Below are positions 1 through 8,971 of a DNA stretch of 64,000 nt, in pieces (position 1 is the stretch's first letter; every line of letters begins with the position of its first letter). The notes under the pieces were generated by a model. It searched no databases and had not been told where the DNA came from. It was given only the letters and a program-made list of their open reading frames with translations. The position numbers and the translations under genes were made by a program. This DNA comes from Antedon mediterranea (Eukaryota > Animalia > Echinodermata). The stretch is from contig NC_092670.1 of NCBI RefSeq assembly GCF_964355755.1, positions 36,878,388 to 36,942,387 of the forward strand. Direction: 5' to 3'.

Positions 1-154
1 AAATATTTTTAAATTCACTTAAATCACATGTTTTATATTGACTTTGTTGAATCGACTATTATGTATTTTATCCGTTTATTTTATATTGACACTGTTGATT
101 CGTCTTTTTGTTTTTTAAATATTTGTATATAGTTTATTTTATATCATTGTTGTT

Positions 155-287
155 ACTTTGGGAGTACGGAACCTGAACTCTTGTTATAGTGATTAGGTTC
201 ACTTTTAGGTTCCTGCCTACTCCCTTAGTTTCTGTGTTTTGTTTATTTGTAACTGGTTTTTGGCAATAAATAATAATAATAATAATA
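155..287 (+). mobile_element. Non-LTR retrotransposon (LINE) 3' end remnant with stem-loop and (TAA)n tail
   Basis: GGGAGTACGGAACCT...AGGTTCCTGCCTACTCCC hairpin, then a T-rich tract, AATAAA and (TAA)n; related copy on the minus strand at 59682-59802. Confidence 0.55.
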
Positions 288-357
288 TATCTTTTAATCG
301 GATTTGTTGATAACCGACATTTCTTTGTTTTTTACGAAGACAATAAAGTTTCTTATA

Positions 358-548
358 TCGTCATGAGGTAATTTCCCGATTGATCGTAATACAAAACGGT
401 ACTGGGTTTGGTCTACTAGCGTTCCTGCTCCCAACCAGTACATCCATTCATAGAAGCCTTAATGAAGTAAGCCTACCTGGTGGTGGCCATAGAACGGTCC
501 CGAGATAACGACTATACTTCGGCTTTAGTCGATAGAAGATTGAATAAA
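358..548 (-). mobile_element. ~190-bp interspersed repeat, probable non-LTR element 3' UTR (copy 1)
   Basis: Aligns colinearly with 50558-50748 (shared CAAAACGGTACTGGGT, ACTAGCGTTC, CATCCATTCATAGAAG, TTAGTCGATAGAAGATTGAA). Confidence 0.6.
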
Positions 549-934
549 TTGTTAGAGATAGAGTATACGATGTTATGATTATGTGTAGATATGTGATTTG
601 TTCTTTTTATTCCAATGATGTTATGTATTTAATAAATTTGTTATATCAATTAATTAAATTATCGTAGATTGCATATTATGCGATGAATATTATTTAATAC
701 ATTTTTGATATATTATTATTATTATATTAATAAAAAAGATATTTGTTAGTATAAATTAAAAAATATTGATCTTAAGGAACTAGAGCTTCTTGTGTTGGGT
801 CACTTGTTTGTTTCTATCTGAAATTTCTTATTTATTTCCATTTCTTTTTCTATATTTTTGTTACAACCATCTTCATTTATTGTATTTTACCTAGTTTTAT
901 TGCAAAACTGAAACGCTTTCTAAACTTTATTTAG

Positions 935-3839
935 GTTTTGGTCGTGGCATGGCAGCAAATTTTGGCAACGCATCAAATCAGACAAATGGCAAAACAGATG
1001 CTTCAGAGGTAGGTTATCTCTGTATTTAAATAGATTTCAGAATATATCTAATCCACAGCCGACCTCAGGTAAATAAAGTTGAGGTCATCTTTGAAAAAAA
1101 AAAGACAATTTTACAGGTCATATAAATGTGACAAGATTTACCCTATTCCTATCAAATTCTTGGGAATAAGAAAAATGTTTTGACAATTTTTCTAGGCCAA
1201 AATGTATATTAGAATGGTTGGCCGAGGGCGAGGAGGCACACCACAGTTGCGAAATAAGAACGCGGTTCCATCTGTAGGGGGCCTAGCTGATCAACATGCA
1301 CAAAATGGTGATGCTGTCTGTATACCAGAATCAACAAGAAAAAGTGAAAAGGTTATTAGTAAGTGTGCTTTTGAATTATACTGTATTGTTTGTTGGACTG
1401 TCACATTGTAAACGTAATTGGTATGTAAAATATTCATTGGATAGATATGCTTGTATGCACATATTTTTATGGAGCATGGTGTGTTAAGCTCTGTCTACAC
1501 TATCTAACTTTATGTGATTACAAAATGTGGTGTGCCCATATATATGGACATGATTTCTTCTAGAGAAGACCCCAAATGATGGCTTATTACTATGTTTTCA
1601 TTTATGTACACACCTATATTATACTGTATAATGCCATTGTTGAACAAATAAATGTTTTTTTTAACTTTGATGATGTCATATCACTACCATATTAAGTATA
1701 TTTAGGCAAATCACACTTTTTTTGTCAAACTAGTTTGATAGTGTAAGACAAAGCTTTACATCATTACAGATTTTACATTGATGCAACACGGAAATGCTTT
1801 CACAAATTCGTAACAAATTGTAACATTTTTTAAGATTATTGTGCAATGTGGTATAGGATGTTATTGCATTATGCTACATTGTTTTACATTTTCGAATAAA
1901 TATACCAATTTAATTTATATTTTATTAAAACAGAAAAAGAAAATATTAAAACAGAAAAAGAAGAAAAGGTCAGCCAACCACTGTCCATTGACGACTCCTC
2001 TCAAGATGTGAGTTAATTTGCTATTACTTTTCATTAAATAGAAATAAAAAAAAATGCAAAATTATTATTTTAAACCGGTTCCTCCAAATAAAGATATGCG
2101 AAAATACTTTTTTTCAATTTATAGGCATATACAACTGGTCATTCTCAAACACCTCCCAGTGACTTACTCTCCCTGTTTGCATTTTAAAGTGTGGCCTAGC
2201 GGTTAAGACAGTAAAACCGTAATCCACAGCCATAACATCGGCAAGGGTTCAAGGCTCACTAGCTCAATGGTTCTGGTGGTAGAACAAGTCTTCTCGGATA
2301 AGGACTATAAACCATAGGTCCAGTGTCCATCTGGCTCATGTGCACTTTAAAGAACCTAGTACATCTTTCGAGACGAGTAGGGGGTTACCCTGGTGTATTA
2401 ATTCATACACACACACTGTCGTGACACGATGGGACCCTTAGGGGAGAAGAATGTTGTTGAAACACCACCTTTGATCACTTGTTGCTGGAATTGGTGCTCT
2501 ACAAATTCGTATATATATATTATTATAGGTTCTGCTGATTATGTCAATTGCGCCAATGGTTTCTTAGGCATAGTGTAAATCAATCAATCAATCAATACCT
2601 TTTTAACATAGCAAATTATTTTCCTATACAGGAATCAGAAGATGTTATCAGGAAAAAGTTGATAAGGAAGCTAACAAAGAAACTTAATGGGGTAAGTAAA
2701 GTATTTGACATTAAATTCTTGAGTAGGACTCGAACCCATGACCTCCAGCCTGGCGTTCATACATCTAGACCATCGAGCCGTAGTATGCATTGTGTACAGC
2801 ACCAAGTCATTGTTATATACAGTACAATTATATTGGAGTATGGCAAAGCTATTTTGTTGAAATTAGCAAAAAATACTGTACTGAAAAAGAATCCTACACA
2901 AGGGTCCAAAAAAAGATGCTCATTGGCTTATTTCTGAGCTTTTATGGCATTACAATCACCTTAATAAGTATGCGTACAGACTGAGAATATTGTTTTTTTC
3001 TGTTTTTATTTTGTTGATTCAAAGTATTAACTGAAGAATGCTTTGAAGATACACCAGTCATTATTATAATTTTAATGAACCACCAGGATGTAGAGACGAA
3101 ACCAATAATATGTAGTATCTATTAAACTTTGTACTAGGACCAGTCAAGGTCCAAGTAGTAGAGCTATAGCTTGATGTTTAACATGCTTGCCTTACAATCC
3201 CAAGGGTTCAATCCTGACTTAGTGCCAGGGTTGTAACTCGCAACTCTTCAACTCTTCCCTAAGCCTCAAATTAGTTTATTCATCCTGTAATTGGAGTGTA
3301 TACTCGCTTTTGGATGCGTCTGAAAAAAAACAAAAAATCAAAATATCCTGATTGTGTTTTCCTATTAATAATAATTTATGTGTTATATATTATGTGTGTA
3401 TTTTAGATACAAAATCTTGAAAAGAAAAAAGAAGATGGCAAAGAACTGACAGAAGAGGAGGTAAATCTTCATCTCTAAACTAAAGCTCTGTCTACACTAT
3501 CAAGCTAGTTTGATTTGCCCAAATATGCGGTGATATGCTTAAATATAGTAGTGATATGATGTCGTCATGTTTTTATATGAGCACATCACATTTATTTGAC
3601 GTCATACGTCCACTGGTACACATGTCATAGAGTGAACGTCAAAATGCCACTCAACAAACACTAAAATTTGCCAGTGGACATATCATAAAAATGACGTAAT
3701 AGGGTAGAAGGGTCGACTATGTCGAAGTGAAAATCTAAAAGTCCCTAATGTTGACAAATACACCCACTTACCTTTTTTACAGGAACTGAAAATTGGGAAG
3801 AAATCCGAAGTAGTGAATCTACTCAACCAACTTACGTAA
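935..3839 (+). CDS. 3' part of a multi-exon gene: RG/RGG-containing protein with a PYM/eIF2A-like C-terminal basic helical motif (5' end outside window)
   Basis: Phase-consistent GT-AG exons 935-1008, 1196-1358, 1934-2007, 2632-2691, 3407-3460, 3783-3839(TAA). Translation includes GFGRG, VGRGRGG and ends RKKLIRKLTKKLNGIQNLEKKKEDGKELTEEEELKIGKKSEVVNLLNQLT*. Confidence 0.75.
1486..1757. mobile_element. Harbinger/PIF-like MITE family A copy, interrupted by a ~110-bp insertion
   Basis: TIR AGCTCTGTCTACACTATC...GATAGTGTAAGACAAAGCT with TAA/TTA flanks. Foreign sequence ~1556-1668 (contains AATAAA) splits the GGACATGAT|GATGTC core. Confidence 0.75.
2189..2420 (+). mobile_element. tRNA-derived SINE with Deu/Nin-like central domain (second copy 14719-15010)
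   Basis: A-box TGGCCTAGCGG and B-box-like GGTTCAAGGC. Core GTCTTCTCGGATAAGGACTATAAACC...GCACTTTAAAGAACC...GAGTAGGGGGTTACCC resembles the Deu/Nin domain (recalled, not searched). Confidence 0.7.
2713..2781 (-). mobile_element. tRNA-like SINE head (related copy at 49200-49265, + strand)
   Basis: Minus strand TGGTCTAGATGTATGAACGCCAGGCTGGAGGTCATGGGTTCGAGTCC matches TGGTCTAGAGGTATGAACGGCAGGCT...GGAGGTTGTGGGTTCGAGTCC at 49200. Confidence 0.6.
3158..3322 (+). mobile_element. tRNA-derived SINE (second copy 42380-42605)
   Basis: GAGCTATAGCTTGATG...GGGTTCAATCCTGAC...TAGTGCCAGGGTTGTA...TAAGCCTCAAAT shared between both copies. Confidence 0.65.
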
Positions 3840-3961
3840 GGACACGGTTGTACGGAGTGGCAATATACTAAAACAACATCATCTTATCTGTGTCGTCGGT
3901 TTTAAGTGAGATTGTTCATGATTATGTGTATGATGATTGATAATTAAGCCGACAAGCTTAA

Positions 3962-4233
3962 AGATGTATTGTCCCCCAAAAACATGAAAAATGAATAAAA
4001 TCAGAACTTTTAATAATGTTTTGACTTATAAAATGACAAAATAAACGATTAATTTCAACCAAATACCCATTGGCTGCCAGCCAATTTGACTATTTTTTGC
4101 AGTTTTTTCAAGTAAATAATTTTTGTTTCCGACCCAATTTTTTGTCAAAGTGAATAACTATTATGTGACATTAAAATGGCATATTCAAGAAAAATATTTT
4201 AAACAATTATTTTTTCAGGAGGACAATACATCT
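3962..4233. mobile_element. Kolobok-like non-autonomous DNA transposon family (TTAA TSD); further full or partial copies ~5540-5800, 6012-6354, 18188-18442, 19925-20262, 35983-36236, 43386-43630, 53187-53516, 60662-61013
   Basis: TTAA|AGATGTATTGTCC...GGACAATACATCT|TTAA. Copies share the internal sequence (AATAAAATCAGACTTTGAATAGG, TTTTGGTCAAAGTGAATAAC). TTAA TSD with RR termini is the Kolobok signature. Confidence 0.75.
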
Positions 4234-5139
4234 TTAAGACACACATTTTGTTACAAATAAATATACACATATTTTAAAGAATAATTTACATTTTAAATTG
4301 TTTTTTTATTTTCTATAACTCCATGACGTTTATATCTGTATAGTTCAACTAGCCTTATGCATTATGTCATATGATGTGAAGAGGTATTGCCGGTGCCAAA
4401 GAAAGCTGGCCATGTTCGCACTTGTTAAAGCACCAATATTCAATCTTTAACTGTCTTGTCTGTACCTTATTTAAATAGCTTAGTTTCGTGTTAAAAAGAA
4501 GTTTTTTTTATCTTTTAGCCTTTATTTTATAATAAAATCAATGAATGGAGAGAAAATGTTTTAATTTTATACCATGTACAAATGAACGAATCTTTTTCTT
4601 GCCTTTAAAAATAAAATATGTTGATTTATAATGTTGTTTGTTTAAAGGATGGAAAAAATAAAGGCGAAAAAAAAACCAAAATTGTTTAATCAGGGAAGTA
4701 TATTAATATTAAAGAACTTTGATGTTTTTTAGGCCAATGATAAGTTACCCAAGCAATTAGTGTCATTTTCGATGTCATTATTCGATTTTTTGAAAAAGTT
4801 ACAGCATGCAGCCATACGTCCTGGTATATCTACTGTACCATTTTTCTAAAAAATGTAATCATGCTTGGTTAACAAATCTTATTTTAGACTTTGTTATTTC
4901 ATGATATTGTAAGTAGGCCTAGTTAAGTTAAACCTACCGTAGCATGTATATTATACTATATTTGGATGATAGTATTTTTTCCATTCATTTTACGTTTTTT
5001 CCAAATTCTTATATATAAATGTGATTAAACAGTGTATGTCATTTTAAATATGTATTGGATCTTTATGTAATTGAAAATAGATATCAAATCTCTTTTAAGA
5101 GAGTATTGACAGAAGATAATGGTATCATTATTAATGTTC

Positions 5140-5345
5140 AGCTTGTGACATGGATCTCAACGCGATCACAGCTTGTGACGCGAATCTCGACACGATCACA
5201 GCTTGTGACGCGAATCTCGACACGATCACAGCTTGTGATGCGAATCTCGACGCGATCAAAGCTTGAGACGCGAATCTCGACGCGATCACAGCTTGTAACG
5301 CGAATCTCGACGCGATCACAGTTTGTAACGCGAATCTCGACGCAA
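5140..5345. repeat. 30-bp CpG-rich minisatellite, ~7 copies
   Basis: Unit CGCGATCACAGCTTGTGACGCGAATCTCGA; explains the repetitive ORFs on both strands. Confidence 0.95.
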
Positions 5346-6434
5346 TTCCACTTATTTAAATATATCGTGGAGGAATGTATACAAGCAAACCGGGGTACCC
5401 GATACACTGGCGGTATCATGTCTTGCGACAATAAACAATAAAATAATAGTATTGCGTCTTCTGACATCAACTATCGTCCCATGTGATAGGCATTTATTTT
5501 CTCCTGTTTTCTAATGTGCGAATGTTTTTCTTTCTTCTTTAGATATATTGTCCCTAGAAAAATAATTGTCGAATATACCATTTTTATGCCACATAAAAGT
5601 TATTCAATTTGACCAAAAATTGGATCGAAGAAAAAATATACCTGAAAACCCGTAATTTAAAGCAAAAAAATAGTCAAATTGAGTCAACGGGTACTGTTTT
5701 TGGTAAAATTTTATTATATGTTATTTGGTATTTTTATAAGTGAAATCGTTTTTTTCCTTGATTTTTTTTATGTGTCTATGCAAGCGAATAACTTCATTAA
5801 AACTGTAAGTAAGAAGGGAAAGAGTATAGTAGGCCTAATGTAAAAGCAAAATCATGGATACGGAAAGAGGCCTGCTGAGAGATAATTGGATTTTCGTTTG
5901 TACTTCAGAAGTTATGTATTCGGTGTCAATTATTGATTTGATAAATAACAATGTTTATTCAATATATCGGTTAACAACCCGGAGATACAGACTGCTTCTA
6001 ATCGGTAGGTATTAAATATGTATTGTCCCCCAAAAACATGCAAAATGAAGATTAATTAAATCAGACTTTGAATAGGTTATTTTTTAGTTTAATTAAGTTA
6101 ATCACTTCCGCAAAATTTAAACAAAAAACAAAATGATGTTCTTACTTATAAACCAACATAATAAAATTGTTAAATTCAACCAAAAATCTATTGGCTGGCT
6201 GGCGGCCAATTCGACCATTTTTGTTTTAAATTAAAAAATAAATTTTGTTTTAATACATCCAATTTTTGGTCAAAGTGGATAACAATTATGTATCATTAAA
6301 ATGACATATTCAACAACAACAAAATTGTAAAGAGAACAGTAGGCTACATCTTTAATGTTGATCGAGACATCGGGAGGAATCTCACCCTCAGATCTACTGA
6401 AATTACCAACACAGAAAATAGTATAATTTTGCGT

Positions 6435-6910
6435 TTTACACGCATTCCATGTACAGTACTATATGATTCGAGTAAACCGTGTCTCATTTTAGGTAATTTT
6501 AGGTAATATACAGGTGTGCATTTGTCACGCATTTCTTTGTATTATGTTGAAGTTAGTAAAGACTGGTTGATATTTACACGCATTCCATGATACTATGGTT
6601 AGGATTCATTTTAGGGTTTGCATAATTATGCAGGTGTGCATTTGTCACATAATGTTATATTGAAATTAATAAACACGGACCGGCTGAGATATATACGCAT
6701 TTATGGTTAGGATTCGAGTAAACCGTATCTCATTTGAGATGATTTGCATAATTATGCAGGTGTCACACATTTATTTCTTCTAAGTGTTATATTGAAGTTA
6801 CTAAACCCGGGCGCGGCTGAGATATACACGCATTCAAGGTACTATAATTAGGATTCGAATTAACTGTGTTTCATTTTAAGTAATTTGCATAATTATGCAG
6901 GTGTACATTT
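6435..6910. repeat. Diverged ~120-135-bp tandem repeat, 4 copies
   Basis: Recurrent ACACGCATT, GGATTCGAGTAAACCGT, TTGCATAATTATGCAGGTGT and GTTATATTGAA blocks. Confidence 0.85.
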
Positions 6911-7591
6911 CTTGTATGGCTATGGTATATGATTCATTCACTATTATTATGCTAACAAGACTTTACTAATATTACTATTTACTAATTATACTTACATATC
7001 TCTTGACCACTGTGTTATTTTTATGTTTTATTTCCAAACTATGCCTTACATTATTATAATTCTAGTTGCATTTAACCAGATATATAGCAAGGCCTGAAAT
7101 TGTATCGCCGTGTATATTGTTTCGGCAGAATGAACGCAATTTATTGGTCAATTGAAAATTGCTCATGCATGCCCAGTTTTATTAACTGATTTTCAAACTT
7201 TATTTTTGCTACTCGGCAGTTGTTGTGTACACGTAATCGCAGAAAGTGTTTGTAGAGATTGAAATGCAAATATCAACAACCCGCTGATTAAAGTCCATGC
7301 TAATTTTATTAATTAATACGTGTGCCTAATAGCCCTATTCCACTTATGACAAATTGATAAACGTATTCAATTAATCTCCCACATTCACGTCGTTAGTACC
7401 AAAACTTTGTTTGCAGATACAGTACCACCACTAGGGCGCACCATTCAAAACGCCCGATAATTTTGTTTTTGATGATGATGCAAAATATGGTTCGTATTTT
7501 TACGGCTGTTGTTGTCAGTAGTATGTTTACGTCTGCTGGCAGTAGTATTTTTACGTCTGCTGATCGTGTCCCCTTGGCCACTGCTTTCTCT

Positions 7592-8584
7592 TCACATCTT
7601 AGTTGAGATTATTCCCGATTCAATGCTTCCATTTGCAGACCTAGGCCTACTTTTTCCCATGTGTTTTTTATAAATACGCACGAAACCTTCCCTAAATTGC
7701 CTGCACTTTGCCGCGTATATGAACGGATTTATGAGCATATTACTAGCGCATAGGAGCACAGTGAACCTATGTAAATTACCATTTGTCATACTGGGCTTTT
7801 CACCCCCAGTCACATTGTGAATCAGGTAAACGGTTAAATCCGGGAACCAGCAGATGAAATATGCGATGGAAACGATGACAAATGTTACTATAATGTTTTT
7901 CTGGACAGCATACCGGTGATTGTTATAACACCTGGGAAACCTCTCTTTTCTTCTGTAAAATGTATGAATAATAGGCCTACTACCATACGTAAATATGATG
8001 ATTATTGTCGGTATTACCATGAGGGTCAGAAACACTTGTATCCCACAAACCATCTGTATGACGTCCCCGTTCCAGTAGTAATCGCAATAGTAATGTTCAT
8101 TGATATCGGCAATGAATCCGATGTGTCCGAGGTTCACGATTCCATAGATGTAAGCCAGGGGCAATACGAGGTAAACAGTTTGTTTCCCTTTAAAACGTAC
8201 GTGGTATTTAATTGGATGCACGATGGCGAAGTACCGCTCAAGAGCAATGAAAACAATGTTCACGGTTGAAGCTCCGGCAAGTATCCAAAAAGTACAACGA
8301 ATTTTGCAAAATATTGTACCACCTGTGATGATAAGCCATCCTTCGGGAATGGCGTAAAAAAACATGAACAAAGCACTGGACGTTAGGTCTATAACTGACT
8401 GGTGTATTATCAGAGAAGTTGTTATACTATTTCGATCGTTTGTATTAGTTTTAACATGAAAGAAAACAATAAGAACTAAAATGTTAGTTAAGATGCCGCT
8501 AATACCAATCACAATGTAAATACAAAACCAGATGTGAGCGTCTTCTGCTCTCTCTGGGCTGTTCCAAGCCCATTGCAGAGTCAT
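7592..8584 (-). CDS. Intronless rhodopsin-family (class A) GPCR, peptide-receptor-like orphan, 330 aa
   Basis: Seven hydrophobic segments; TM1 TN, TM2 QSVIDL, TM3 ALERYFAIVHP, TM6 CWFP, TM7 NPFIY, helix 8 FREGF. Confidence 0.92.
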   Translation of the reverse strand: MTLQWAWNSPERAEDAHIWFCIYIVIGISGILTNILVLIVFFHVKTNTNDRNSITTSLIIHQSVIDLTSSALFMFFYAIPEGWLIITGGTIFCKIRCTFWILAGASTVNIVFIALERYFAIVHPIKYHVRFKGKQTVYLVLPLAYIYGIVNLGHIGFIADINEHYYCDYYWNGDVIQMVCGIQVFLTLMVIPTIIIIFTYGSRPIIHTFYRRKERFPRCYNNHRYAVQKNIIVTFVIVSIAYFICWFPDLTVYLIHNVTGGEKPSMTNGNLHRFTVLLCASNMLINPFIYAAKCRQFREGFVRIYKKHMGKSRPRSANGSIESGIISTKM

Positions 8585-8689
8585 TGCTTAATTTTAGCTT
8601 GGAAAAATATGTTGTTCTCTAAGTACCGACGTTAGAAACTCTAATGATGTACTCCTTTCATACTTGATGTAAATAAGGCAGATCGCAAT

Positions 8690-8850
8690 ATTGACATCCG
8701 GAAAGTTAATTAAACAATGAAATATAAATGACAATCAAAATATCTTTTGAAAACCACAAACTCAAAGTTCAAGATTAATAAAATATTGAGGGCGCTGTTC
8801 ACAATGAGACTATTAAATGCGGAAGTAGGTATTGCGCGTTCTTAGCAACC
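8690..8850. promoter_or_regulatory. Candidate bidirectional promoter between the GPCR and the THEG-like gene
   Basis: ATGs lie ~390 bp apart. ETS-type CCGGAAGT (~8698) and GCGGAAGT (~8819), GAGGGCGC (~8788), RFX X-box-like GTTCTTAGCAAC (8838-8849). Confidence 0.45.
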
Positions 8851-8971
8851 ATTCATTCAAGTGCATCGCAACGTGCGACGAGTGTAAACATTGAATGGCC
8901 AGCTGCTGCTACTACTGCATGTGGATAATGAATTGTGCAAGGTTAAGTACAAAGATTTAAGAAAAGGATAC

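Noticed and set aside
5055-5470. Three overlapping repetitive ORFs
   Set aside because: By-products of a 30-bp minisatellite; no splice or domain support.
7916-8269. 117-aa plus-strand ORF
   Set aside because: Antisense shadow of the GPCR CDS.
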